A stretch of 64,000 bases of DNA from a candidate division WOR-3 bacterium. Its GTDB lineage: Bacteria > Hydrothermota > Hydrothermia > LBFQ01. The first letter of the stretch is position 1, and every line of letters starts with the position of its first letter. Under the pieces are notes generated by a model. That model had not been told where the DNA came from. It made no database searches and saw only the letters and a program-made list of their open reading frames with translations. Both the position numbers and the translations under genes were made by a program. The stretch spans positions 47,462 to 111,461 of the forward strand of contig JBDRWW010000005.1 in the NCBI GenBank assembly GCA_039802605.1, written 5' to 3'. Positions 9,058-18,900 of this stretch are shown piece by piece.

Positions 9058-9819
9058 TTATATATTTGATAGGTTTTCCGCAAAATATGTGGGGACTATT
9101 TTCAACCTTTCCACATCTTCAAGGGTATGTACGCCCGTTAAAACAAAAACCGTGGGTATGTTTAGCCTATTCCCGCCGATAATATCCGTATCCAGCCTAT
9201 CCCCTATTACTATTGCGGTTTCTATACTCCCCGAGAATTCGTAAATATAACGGTTTGGTTTTCCCATAACGGCATCCGGCTCCCTACCAGAAGCGTATGA
9301 TATAGCCGAAACCAAGGAACCCGCGCCGGGCAAGATCCCATCCGATTTTTTTATATGTGCATCCGTATTTGTGGCTATAAATGTTAGTCCCCTATGAACA
9401 AAGTTTGCCGCTTTTTTTAGTTTCTCATAGTTAAAATTCCTATCCAAACCCACCACAACGGCTTCGGGATTGACATCATCGGTTGTAATACCTTTGCTTT
9501 TTAATGGGTCAATCAGTCCGTCCTCACCTATTGCAAAAACCCTTTTTATACCCCTTTTAAAAAGGTATTCCGCCGCAACGACGGAAGGGGTTATAACCTT
9601 GTCGGGATACAAACCCAAAGCCCTCAACCTTTCGGCATAGTACTCCGGCGTTCTTGTGGAGTTGTTGGTTAAGAACACCAATTTTTTACCCATTTCCTTT
9701 AACCTCTTTAAACCCTCAACATTTTCCCAAATAACTTCCTCCTCCATCCACACAACACCATCCAAATCGCACAAAACGGTTTCAAACTTTCTAAAATCAT
9801 CAATTGTTATCCTTTTCAC
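9058..9819 (-). CDS. HAD-IIA hydrolase (NagD-like)
   Basis: DLDGV, LTNNS, GKP, IGDRLDTDI. Confidence 0.9.
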   Translation of the reverse strand: MKRITIDDFRKFETVLCDLDGVVWMEEEVIWENVEGLKRLKEMGKKLVFLTNNSTRTPEYYAERLRALGLYPDKVITPSVVAAEYLFKRGIKRVFAIGEDGLIDPLKSKGITTDDVNPEAVVVGLDRNFNYEKLKKAANFVHRGLTFIATNTDAHIKKSDGILPGAGSLVSAISYASGREPDAVMGKPNRYIYEFSGSIETAIVIGDRLDTDIIGGNRLNIPTVFVLTGVHTLEDVERLKIVPTYFAENLSNI

Positions 9820-10565
9820 CTAAAACCGTAAATTTTTACAATTGTGGGCGAAAAGGACGAGAGGATTTTTGAGGCCAAGAAGTCCCCAAAGGATATAAAA
9901 ACCTCTTCCTTTTCGCGGATTATTGACTTTACTATTTTATCCGCAACCTTATCGGGTGAAACGGCTCTACCAACGGGTTTGGACCTTTCTCCGATGGTTT
10001 TTTCAAAAAATGGGGTTTTAACCGCCGGTGGATAAACGTTTATGATTTTTATCCCCTTATCCTTTAACTCCTCCCTTAGAGACATAAATATAAACCTCTC
10101 GGCGGATTTTGAGGTGGCATAAATGTTCCATTTAGGCAAGGGCAAAAATGCTATAAGGCTTATAACATTGACGATTATGGCCTTTTCGCCGTTTTTAAAT
10201 TTTGCGAATTCTATTGATAAATCCAAAGGCGCCCAGAAGTTAACCTCCATTATGGTTTGCAAATCCTTCCAGTTGGAATGTAAAAGACTTCCAAAATAAC
10301 CCACACCGGCGTTGTTTATCAAGATATCAACACCATCAAGGATTTCATAGGCGGATGGTATTAAACCCTTTCTCGCGGATGCATCCCTTAAATCCAACCT
10401 AAAAGTTTTTATTTCGGGAAATTCCTCTTTTAGTTTTTTTAATGCCTCTTCGTTTTTGCCCACGGCCAAAATCTTCGCATTTCTCTCGTAGAGTTTCCTA
10501 ACCAAGGAATAACCTATTCCGGAAGTTGCCCCCGTTATGATAACGCCTTTCCCCTCAATTTTCAT
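9816..10565 (-). CDS. Short-chain dehydrogenase/reductase
   Basis: [18 protein letters not shown]. Confidence 0.9.
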   Translation of the reverse strand: MKIEGKGVIITGATSGIGYSLVRKLYERNAKILAVGKNEEALKKLKEEFPEIKTFRLDLRDASARKGLIPSAYEILDGVDILINNAGVGYFGSLLHSNWKDLQTIMEVNFWAPLDLSIEFAKFKNGEKAIIVNVISLIAFLPLPKWNIYATSKSAERFIFMSLREELKDKGIKIINVYPPAVKTPFFEKTIGERSKPVGRAVSPDKVADKIVKSIIREKEEVFISFGDFLASKILSSFSPTIVKIYGFR

Positions 10566-11655
10566 TTCTTTTCTTTGACAATTCTAGGAGCTTTTTGTAA
10601 AGCTCCCTTTCTTCCTTACTTATACCGCGTGGTACTTTTATGGTTGCCTTTAACAACAGATCGCCGCTTCCCCCACCCGGATCGGGAATCCCTTTACCCC
10701 TAATCCTTGCGAATATTTCACCGTTTTGCAAACCTTCCGGGATTTTAACCCTTATTTTTTCACCGGTTAAATGTACAAACTCCGTTTCACCACCCAAAAC
10801 GGCCAATGGTGGCTCAACTTCAAGGTTGTATATTAGGTCTCTATTGTTTCTCGTGTATTGTGGGTGTGGTTTTTCCTTTATGTGGATAACAAGCCTCCCC
10901 CTTCCCCTCCTACCCTCATGCCCCCAATTTTTATAAACCACTTTTTGCCCATTAAGAACACCGGGCGGTATATTTACAACCCTTTGTACCTCCTCCCATA
11001 CAAACCCCCTACCCCCACATCTATAACAGGTTTTACCACTAATTCCCCTACCCCCACAGTTTGAGCAAACCGTATCTACATAAAAAGTACCTATGAAAGT
11101 CCTGTTGGCCCTCCTAATCCTACCGCTTCCATAACAAACGGGACAGGTATGCGGGTCGGTTATACCCTCACCCCTGCAAACCGGACATAAGACCTTTCTG
11201 GTATATTTAATCCTTTTCTCCGCTCCCTTAACTATTTCTTCCAGATCCAATTCCAAATCAATATGCACATCAAGGTCTTCCACCTCTTCATATACCCTTC
11301 TACCCCTCCCGAAAAGGGTTTCAAATATATCCTCAAACCTTCCAAAACCCCTTCCAAATATGTTTTCCAAAATCTCGTCTACGGTCATACCCGAGAAATC
11401 AACACCCACATCGGGTGCCCCTGTATCGGGATCCCATCCCCTATCATACATTTCTCTCTTTTTCGGATCGGATAACACCGCGTAGGCCTCGCTTATCTCC
11501 TTGAACTTTTGCTCCGCTTCCGCCTTTTTTTCGGGTGGAACCCTGTCGGGATGCCATTGCATTGCCAATTTGGCAAAAGCGGCATCTATTTGTTCTTTCG
11601 TTGCATTACGGGGAACGCCCAGAATCTCATAATAATCCTTTTTATTCGCCCTCAT
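10555..11655 (-). CDS. dnaJ: Chaperone DnaJ
   Basis: J domain with HPD, four CxxCxGxG repeats, C-terminal domain. Confidence 0.92.
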   Translation of the reverse strand: MRANKKDYYEILGVPRNATKEQIDAAFAKLAMQWHPDRVPPEKKAEAEQKFKEISEAYAVLSDPKKREMYDRGWDPDTGAPDVGVDFSGMTVDEILENIFGRGFGRFEDIFETLFGRGRRVYEEVEDLDVHIDLELDLEEIVKGAEKRIKYTRKVLCPVCRGEGITDPHTCPVCYGSGRIRRANRTFIGTFYVDTVCSNCGGRGISGKTCYRCGGRGFVWEEVQRVVNIPPGVLNGQKVVYKNWGHEGRRGRGRLVIHIKEKPHPQYTRNNRDLIYNLEVEPPLAVLGGETEFVHLTGEKIRVKIPEGLQNGEIFARIRGKGIPDPGGGSGDLLLKATIKVPRGISKEERELYKKLLELSKKRNEN

Positions 11656-11656
11656 A

Positions 11657-12010
11657 TCACAACCACTTTATAGCACCCTTACCCCAAGCATATATATAAC
11701 CAACCAATAAAACCAAGATAAAGAAACCCCCTTCTAGCGCCGCCAAAAGCTTCAAATCCCCCACTTGCAACGCCCACGGGAATAACAATATAGCCTCAAC
11801 ATCAAAAATTAAAAATATTACCGCAACCAAAAAGTATTTTACGGCAAGTTTTCCTTTTGGCCACTTACCGGGCTTCACCCCGGATTCGTAGGGCTCCAAC
11901 TTCTCCTTATTTGGTCTTTTTGGACCCAAAACAAAGGACAAAACAACACCCGAATACCCCAACACTATGGCTATTAACAACATTACACCCAACTTCCAGA
12001 GTTCCTCCAT
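11657..12010 (-). CDS. nuoA: NADH-quinone oxidoreductase subunit A (solitary copy 2)
   Basis: [26 protein letters not shown]; start reassigned to ATG 12010 downstream of TAAAAT. Confidence 0.9.
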   Translation of the reverse strand: MEELWKLGVMLLIAIVLGYSGVVLSFVLGPKRPNKEKLEPYESGVKPGKWPKGKLAVKYFLVAVIFLIFDVEAILLFPWALQVGDLKLLAALEGGFFILVLLVGYIYAWGKGAIKWL

Positions 12011-12091
12011 AAAGTTGTGTATTTTAAGGTTGTTAATTGTGGGTTTAATATGCCACCCCCGGTAAATCACTCACCCTTAAAATACCGTTCT

Positions 12092-12344
12092 TTGAGGGAG
12101 AAATTGGGTGAGGAAGCAACGGATTCGCTTAGTTATGGAAGCCGCCGAGGATAGGTTTGCTAGGAGATTGGCGGAGGAAATTGGGAAGTTAAGGGTGGAA
12201 ATGTATAACGAAATGGGGAAATTAAGGGCAGAGATGCACCAATTCAAAGGGGATATAGTTAAATGGATGTTTGTGTTTTGGATTGGACAGGTTATAGCCC
12301 TCGGAAGTTTGATGTTTGCAATGATAAAAATTTTTCGGGAATAG
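12092..12344 (+). pseudogene. DUF1640-like coiled-coil/TM protein, frameshifted or internally deleted
   Basis: TTG 12092 reads LREKLGEEATDSL, then the frame changes to VMEAAEDRFARRLAEEIGKLR...IVKWMFVFWIGQ. Confidence 0.55.
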
Positions 12345-12356
12345 AATAACGGCTTA

Positions 12357-13274
12357 ATGAAACACCTACTTGATATTGAAACCCTGCAAGTTGAAGATAT
12401 TTTAAAAATCCTTGATACCGCCGAGATCTTTTTAAAAGTTTTGGATCAGCCTTCCAAGAAATTACCAACGCTAAAAGGTAAAACGGTTCTGTTTATGTTC
12501 CTTGAACCCTCAACTAGGACTCAAATGTCTTTTGAATTGGCCGCTAAAAGGCTTTCGGCCGACACCATAAACTTCTCGCCCTCAAAATCCTCCATGCAAA
12601 AAGGCGAAACCCTACTTGATACGCTTTTGAACCTACAATCTATGGAAATAGATGCAATAGTTGTAAGGAGTTCTTCGCCGGGAGCACCACACTTTTTAGC
12701 AAAACACACAAATGCAAGCGTTATAAACGCGGGGGATGGTATGCACGAACATCCAACGCAGGCCTTGCTTGATGCCTTTACGGTAAGGAAAAAATTGGGG
12801 AAATTGGAAAACTTAAAAATACTCATAGTGGGCGATATTTTGCATTCAAGGGTTGCAAGGTCAAACCTGTTTTTGTGGAAAAAGTTTAATTCAGAGGTTT
12901 ATTTTAGTGGCCCTCCAACCCTTGTACCTAAGGAATTTGAAAAATTGGGGGCAAAAATTGTAAATTTTGACGAGTATATTGATAAAGTTGATGTTATAAT
13001 GGCTTTGAGGGTTCAGAGGGAAAGGATGGAGGGATCGTTTATACCATCTGTGAGGGAATACAGAAAATTCTGGGGTATAACGGTTGAGAGGCTAAATAAG
13101 ATTCCGGAGAAAACTATAATTATGCATCCAGGCCCCGTAAATTGGGGTGTTGAAATGGATTGGGAGGTTAATCATAGGGAAAACACCGTAATTTTGGATC
13201 AGGTTAGGAATGGCGTTGCGGTTAGAATGTCCGTATTGTATCACTTACTCGCAAAAGCGGAGGATATGAGGTGA
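12357..13274 (+). CDS. pyrB: Aspartate carbamoyltransferase catalytic subunit
   Basis: FLEPSTRT, NAGDG.HEHPTQ, HSRV, RVQRER, MHPGP. Confidence 0.96.
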   Translation: MKHLLDIETLQVEDILKILDTAEIFLKVLDQPSKKLPTLKGKTVLFMFLEPSTRTQMSFELAAKRLSADTINFSPSKSSMQKGETLLDTLLNLQSMEIDAIVVRSSSPGAPHFLAKHTNASVINAGDGMHEHPTQALLDAFTVRKKLGKLENLKILIVGDILHSRVARSNLFLWKKFNSEVYFSGPPTLVPKEFEKLGAKIVNFDEYIDKVDVIMALRVQRERMEGSFIPSVREYRKFWGITVERLNKIPEKTIIMHPGPVNWGVEMDWEVNHRENTVILDQVRNGVAVRMSVLYHLLAKAEDMR

Positions 13275-14431
13275 AGGGGATTTTGTACTATCCTTACAAG
13301 GCTTTAACTGTTAAAAAGATCTCATTGGCCTTTATATGGGTCTTGATAGGGGCGGTTTTGTATTCTTCATTTACATATTTGGCATATTATGTGTCGGGTT
13401 TGGATTTATCAAGGGTTTGGGAGATAAACGGTTTATTCCCCATACCCATATGGGCTAAAACCTTTCCAAAATACTTGCCGGAAAGGGGGGGAAATGTGCT
13501 ATTCCCCACGGATTTTGAGGTATTCAATTTTTGGGGAAAGGTTCTTTGGTTCTTAGGAGTTTATGGGGTTATATATTCATACTTTTCGGCGGGCATAGGG
13601 ATTTCAAGGTTTGTTATAGAGGAGGAAAGGGGAGACCCTTTTTATCCATTTTTGGATGCCTTAAAGGAATCGTTTAAAAAATCCGGCCTCTTCATAACAT
13701 CAACCCTAACCGTAATTTCCTCTTTTGTAATAGTGATTATAGTTCATCTGTTGATTTCGCTTTGGGGGAATTTTAAAGGTTTGGTTTATTTAACAGGTGC
13801 AGTACTGATCATTGTTTTTCCGTTTTTGGTTGTTTTGAGCGCCCTGTTTTTATACCTGATTTTGGGATTTTTGAGCGTTGTAATCTTTGGCCCCGTAGTT
13901 TCCACATCAATGGAAGGGGATACATTTGACCTGTTTTATGAAGGCTTCACCATTTTAAACGAGAGATTGGTTAAGGCCATATTTTTGGAAGGCATAAACT
14001 TTGCGGTTAAAATTTTCTCATTTTCCCTGTTTTCATATGTGTTTTTAAGGGCGGTGTTGTTATCTTTAAAAATTTTAACCCTTATATCCCCAAGGCTGAA
14101 ATTCATCCTTTATTCAAATATAGACCTCGTTTCCTTTCCACAACTCCATCCCCTACTATCGCAATACTTTGCCTTTATCATACCCCGTGAGTTTTTCGTT
14201 CCCATCGCCACCCCCATACCATCACCGCTTACAAATACATTTTCTATCGTATTTTCAGTCTGGTTTTTTGTTTTTATGTTTGTATGTTCGGCGGTTTATG
14301 TAAGCCTTACTTGGACGGGTAGAACATATGTTTATAGGGAAATGGTTAAGGATAAAGATGGCTTGGATATATTTGCAATAAAACCAAAATTGCTAAATTT
14401 CAAGGTTGAGACCCAATCCCAAACCGAATAG
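13271..14431 (+). CDS. Hypothetical polytopic membrane protein
   Basis: 386 aa with several TM segments; GTGA overlap with pyrB. Confidence 0.75.
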   Translation: MKGILYYPYKALTVKKISLAFIWVLIGAVLYSSFTYLAYYVSGLDLSRVWEINGLFPIPIWAKTFPKYLPERGGNVLFPTDFEVFNFWGKVLWFLGVYGVIYSYFSAGIGISRFVIEEERGDPFYPFLDALKESFKKSGLFITSTLTVISSFVIVIIVHLLISLWGNFKGLVYLTGAVLIIVFPFLVVLSALFLYLILGFLSVVIFGPVVSTSMEGDTFDLFYEGFTILNERLVKAIFLEGINFAVKIFSFSLFSYVFLRAVLLSLKILTLISPRLKFILYSNIDLVSFPQLHPLLSQYFAFIIPREFFVPIATPIPSPLTNTFSIVFSVWFFVFMFVCSAVYVSLTWTGRTYVYREMVKDKDGLDIFAIKPKLLNFKVETQSQTE

Positions 14432-15967
14432 CGTATTTATTTTCCTTTCTTCTTTGGTTTTACCGTTTATAGCCTTTGATATTTCGGATAACTTAATCCT
14501 TTCGGCGGAAATCATCAAAATCCAAGGGGTATCCTTATACTTGTAATTTAAAGATGTTCTCAGGGATGCGGGGTTTTTACCCCCTTCGTTTAGTATTCCT
14601 ATGCCCATAGCGAGTTTTAAGGATTTATAGGTGTATAGCCCTTCAAACCTAAGCCTCTCATATCCCCCCAAAAATGCTATGAACCTTACAAAGGGTGCTC
14701 CCAAACCCATCCCAAAGGAAGAATTCTTTACGACATAAAGCGTTGTATTCCAAAACATTAAATCAACACCTAAGAATGCCTCCATCCTATCATCGGGGGT
14801 TAAGGTGTTATCACCGTAGAGGAAGTTGTCCGCGTAACCCCTCACAAAATATACACCAAATTCAACCGTTCTCTTCTTCTTATAAACGCTGCCAATATTT
14901 ACAGGCTTGGGAGCTTCAACGCTTAAAGTTTCCCCTTTTCCTTTATCCTCTTCGGACTCTGTGGATTCTTCGTAGGTTTCTTCTTTTGCGGTGGTATCTT
15001 TCTCCTCGGGGTTCAAAAGTTTTTCAACGGTTTCCTTATTATAGTTATCGTCAAACAGGGATGGTTTGAGTTTATAAGCGGTGTTGTATTCCCTTTGCGC
15101 TATCTTGTAAGCATTATACTTATAGGCCAAGAATCCGTAAAAGAAATGCCCTTCGGCGTAATTTGGGTCTATTTCTATGGCCTTTTGGGCGTGGGTTATA
15201 GCCTCGTTGTAATCTTCAAAGAAGAGGGCCTTTATCAAACCCCTTCCCAGTTCCTCATAAGCCTCATACATATCCGTACCCGCATATTTTCCTTTGAAAC
15301 CCCTGAGATCCACCTTCCTCAAAACCTTTTTGACAACATGCGTGGGTACGGCATAAGATATCGCTTCCCTGCCGCCTCCCTCTTTGGCAAACACAACTCC
15401 AATAACATCCCCATTCCTATCAATCAAAGGCCCCCCACTATTTCCCGGATTTACACTCATGTTTAAGGCAATGGGATTTGCATTTTTATCGGAGGCCACA
15501 AACCCAAACATAACCTTTAATTCGTTGTCATGATAAGATGTTCCCGGATATCCCAGGGCGGCTACCGGTTCCCCCTGGTTCAAGGTTTCCCTTGAAGAAA
15601 GACTTATGGTTGGAAAATTCTCACCGGTAATCTTTAAGACTGCGATATCGTTATCCGGGTCATCGTATATAACCTCCGCAAAGTATAACCTATCAACCAA
15701 CTCTTTAAAGTTTGTAGCAGTAGGACCGTTTAACAAAACCGCTATTATCTTACCCGACCTTATAACATGACTATTGGTTATTATTGTACCGTTTTTATCA
15801 ACAAAGAAACCAGAACCCGTTGATACATTCCAATCCGCGACCACATCCCCAACGGATCTGAGTTTTGGCAAACCAAAGGATATTATCCTGATCACGGCAT
15901 CCTTTTTGTCCTTAGTTAATAGCGCATCCCAATTGGGTAAAGTTATCTGTCCTAAAAGCATTAGCAT
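14393..15967 (-). CDS. Trypsin-like (S1C/HtrA-type) serine protease with TPR, acidic linker and beta-strand-rich C-terminal domain
   Basis: GSGF, TNSHV, DIAVL, GNSGGP catalytic triad; AIEIDPNYAEGH TPR; ends LFGLGLGLNLEI. Confidence 0.85.
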   Translation of the reverse strand: MLMLLGQITLPNWDALLTKDKKDAVIRIISFGLPKLRSVGDVVADWNVSTGSGFFVDKNGTIITNSHVIRSGKIIAVLLNGPTATNFKELVDRLYFAEVIYDDPDNDIAVLKITGENFPTISLSSRETLNQGEPVAALGYPGTSYHDNELKVMFGFVASDKNANPIALNMSVNPGNSGGPLIDRNGDVIGVVFAKEGGGREAISYAVPTHVVKKVLRKVDLRGFKGKYAGTDMYEAYEELGRGLIKALFFEDYNEAITHAQKAIEIDPNYAEGHFFYGFLAYKYNAYKIAQREYNTAYKLKPSLFDDNYNKETVEKLLNPEEKDTTAKEETYEESTESEEDKGKGETLSVEAPKPVNIGSVYKKKRTVEFGVYFVRGYADNFLYGDNTLTPDDRMEAFLGVDLMFWNTTLYVVKNSSFGMGLGAPFVRFIAFLGGYERLRFEGLYTYKSLKLAMGIGILNEGGKNPASLRTSLNYKYKDTPWILMISAERIKLSEISKAINGKTKEERKINTLFGLGLGLNLEI

Positions 15968-16037
15968 ATGCAACCAATATTATAAAGCCGATGTGTTTGT
16001 TCGTTAAACAAAGCATTCCCATTTACAATAAACACCT

Positions 16038-16598
16038 ATGAAATTGCTGGAAAAGTTCAATTTTAGGAGATTGTACGCGGTATATCCCACTTCCGCGGTC
16101 GTGGCCACGGCATATGATGGGGAAAATAAGGCCGTTATGAGCTTGGTATGGCACACCCCATTGTCCTTTGATCCGCCTTTATACGGCATTTCAGTATCCC
16201 CCAAAAGGTTTAGCCACGATATATTTTTAAAGGCGCGGGCCTTTGCGGTTCATTATTTCCATTATAATTATTCCGATTTCGTTGAAAAGGTTGGTTCGGT
16301 TAGCGGGAGGGATGTTGATAAATACAAAGAGTTTAAAATTGATTTCTTCACCTCACCGTTAAACAATCCCATAATAAAAACTGCTTTTTTGGTTTTGGAT
16401 TGCTATTATGTTGAACACTATGTAATAGGCGATCATACGCTAATTGTTGGGGAGGTTCAAAGGGTATATTACGACGAAGGAAAAGTTGAAATAAAGGATG
16501 ATTATATTTTGCTGAAAGACAAGAGAACGGTCTTATATGCGGGTATGGGTGAATACATAACATCCGACCCAAAAACTTTGATTAAGTTAAGAAAGTGA
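16038..16598 (+). CDS. Flavin reductase-like (DIM6/NTAB) protein
   Basis: PLSFDPP, GSVSGRDVDK, GDHTLIVGEV. Confidence 0.88.
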   Translation: MKLLEKFNFRRLYAVYPTSAVVATAYDGENKAVMSLVWHTPLSFDPPLYGISVSPKRFSHDIFLKARAFAVHYFHYNYSDFVEKVGSVSGRDVDKYKEFKIDFFTSPLNNPIIKTAFLVLDCYYVEHYVIGDHTLIVGEVQRVYYDEGKVEIKDDYILLKDKRTVLYAGMGEYITSDPKTLIKLRK

Positions 16599-16601
16599 GG
16601 T

Positions 16602-18230
16602 TTAATCAAATTTTCCCGGAGAGTAAAGGCTCTTGTAAATCCAATAGCCCTTCAAAACCCTCCTGACATAAGCACGGGTTTCGTTGTAGGGTATAATATC
16701 AATGAATAGGTCGTAATCAAGTCTTTCATACTCGTAATCGCAAAGCCATCCGTTCAGCGCTCCCATACCGGCGTTATAAGACGCCAAGGCCAAAGCGTAA
16801 TCGGGGAAAACCCTTAAATATTCCGAAAAAACCCAGGCTCCAATTAAAAGGTTTGTCTTCGGGTCGTATGGATCTTTAATCCCCTTTTTGAACTTCCTTG
16901 AAAATTTTTTAACCTTGTCGGGCATAATTTGGGATAAACCCAAAGCACCGGCTGGGGATTGGGCTCTAACCATAAACCTACTTTCTTCCCTTATTAATGC
17001 TACAAATAAAAGGGGATCTATACCAAAGGTAGTTGAAGCCGAATCGATGTAATGGGAAAAGAACTTCTTGTTATAGGGGTAAGCGAGCTTTCCCCACCAC
17101 AAGGGAATCCCCTCACTTTTATCGGAAATGTCATATATGTACTGCAATACAAGGGAAGCCCTATAAAAATCCCCACTTTTCAGCAAATCCTTTAAATGCT
17201 TGTAAGCCGAGGGGATGTTTTTCAGGTAAAAATCCCTTGCGTATTGATAACCTGCGATTTTTTCAACAATTTTACCCATCTCGTAAAATCTGGTATCCCC
17301 CAATGTATCCCATAAGGCACCTTTCGACCATTTTGGCTTTATTCCCAGTTTTAAGGAATAGTAATTTAAAGGATCCTCACTTTTTATTATGCGAACATAA
17401 TAGGTGTCCCGTGTAATTTTGTATAGCCAAAAAGCCGCCCGAATCCTGTTAAAATCGCCATAACCGCCTTTACGAAAGGCCATATAAAGGTAGTTATAAG
17501 CATCCTCTATGTATCCCAAAATGTAAGCGGAAATACCCAGCCATACCAAACCATCCGATTCGGTGTTTTCATCAGCATAGGATTTTAATAGAGAAAATAG
17601 CCTGTAACCCAAATGTTTCATATCGGGTTTGGCCACTTCCGAGGCCATAAGTCTGAATGCCCTTTCTTCGTCCCCTATATCCGCCAAAACCTTTAAATAA
17701 ACCTCTATTGAATCGTAAATTTCATCGGTTAGGGCTTTTATCAAAGGTTTCACTATATATCCTCTCAAATACCATTTGGGGAGTTTAAGCATTTCGTCAA
17801 GGGTTAGGTCTGTAAATTTGCTCTTTGCTACAAGATAAAGGGAATACTCGTTTTCCTTTGTGGTATCGGCATACTTAAATACGCTATCGTAAAGTTTGTG
17901 GTCGAGGAATACGCGCAATTTGTTATAGTTGTCCAAAAGGGGTATTGCCTTCAAAGAAAACGGGTAATATGGGTATAACTTTGCGAGTTTAATTAGGGAA
18001 GATGTATCGGCGAATAATTCGTATTTGGCTTTTAAAACCTCGGGTATTTCGGGGCAAAGGGTGTAGTCGGTTTTAACACCTTTAAGGGCAATAAATTTAC
18101 AAGACAATGTGCAAGGAGGGGTTGGATTATTGCAAACCTCCTTTAATAAACCGTACTCCCCCGCCTTTATCCTATCATAAAGTAAAAACCCCTCAATTTC
18201 GGGATATGAGGATATAAGAAATAAGCTCAT
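16602..18230 (-). CDS. Soluble lytic transglycosylase (SLT domain, helical N-terminus)
   Basis: IREESRF, SPAGALGLSQIMP, ASYNAG, IPYNETRAYV. Confidence 0.9.
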   Translation of the reverse strand: MSLFLISSYPEIEGFLLYDRIKAGEYGLLKEVCNNPTPPCTLSCKFIALKGVKTDYTLCPEIPEVLKAKYELFADTSSLIKLAKLYPYYPFSLKAIPLLDNYNKLRVFLDHKLYDSVFKYADTTKENEYSLYLVAKSKFTDLTLDEMLKLPKWYLRGYIVKPLIKALTDEIYDSIEVYLKVLADIGDEERAFRLMASEVAKPDMKHLGYRLFSLLKSYADENTESDGLVWLGISAYILGYIEDAYNYLYMAFRKGGYGDFNRIRAAFWLYKITRDTYYVRIIKSEDPLNYYSLKLGIKPKWSKGALWDTLGDTRFYEMGKIVEKIAGYQYARDFYLKNIPSAYKHLKDLLKSGDFYRASLVLQYIYDISDKSEGIPLWWGKLAYPYNKKFFSHYIDSASTTFGIDPLLFVALIREESRFMVRAQSPAGALGLSQIMPDKVKKFSRKFKKGIKDPYDPKTNLLIGAWVFSEYLRVFPDYALALASYNAGMGALNGWLCDYEYERLDYDLFIDIIPYNETRAYVRRVLKGYWIYKSLYSPGKFD

Positions 18231-18814
18231 TTTTCAGAAGGCTTGTGTATAGCCTCTATTTGCAATTCAACCTTTACGGTTTTATCAACCACCAAACCCC
18301 CGGTTTCAAGTACCTTATTCCAGTTTAATCCGAAGTCAAACCTGTTGATTTCAAAAGATGCCTCAACCCCTATCCTTAGATTGCCCCAAGGATCTTTAAT
18401 TGGACCATTTATCGTGTAGGGAAAAGATACGGTTTTGGTAGTTCCCTTTATGGTTAAATCCGCATCCGCCCACCAAGTATTACCCTTTTTATAAACCTTT
18501 TTTACCACCATCCTCATTTCCGGATATTTTTCGGCATCAAAGAAATCGGGACTCCTCAAATGCTCATCCCTCCTTTCATTTCTCGTATCTATGCTTTGAA
18601 CATAAACCACGCCTTCGGCCTTCGTGTTTTTTGGATTATCCGGGTCGTACTCTATCCAACCGTCAAACTTTTCAAATGTGCCCACGACCGTCGTCACCAT
18701 CATGTGTTTTACCTTGAATGTAATGGATGTATGCGCTGGATCCACCACAAACTTCAAAGGCTTTGCATATACCAATGCCGGCGCAAGGGCTAATAATATC
18801 GCCATCCTTTTCAT
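18227..18814 (-). CDS. yceI: YceI family polyisoprenoid-binding protein
   Basis: Signal peptide; DPAHT..F.VKH, RDEHLRSPDFFD, INRFDFGL.WN. Confidence 0.92.
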   Translation of the reverse strand: MKRMAILLALAPALVYAKPLKFVVDPAHTSITFKVKHMMVTTVVGTFEKFDGWIEYDPDNPKNTKAEGVVYVQSIDTRNERRDEHLRSPDFFDAEKYPEMRMVVKKVYKKGNTWWADADLTIKGTTKTVSFPYTINGPIKDPWGNLRIGVEASFEINRFDFGLNWNKVLETGGLVVDKTVKVELQIEAIHKPSEK

Positions 18815-18875
18815 ATCAGCGGGTATAATAAGGTGTGAAGGGATACTTTTAGTAAATTATATGCCACTAAGATAA

Positions 18876-18893
18876 TACCCAACTTTTTGGGTA
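18876..18893 (-). terminator. Possible weak hairpin terminator after uvrC
   Basis: TACCCAA-CTTT-TTGGGTA perfect 7-bp stem just past the uvrC stop; U-tract is poor. Confidence 0.3.
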
Positions 18894-18900
18894 AGTTTCC

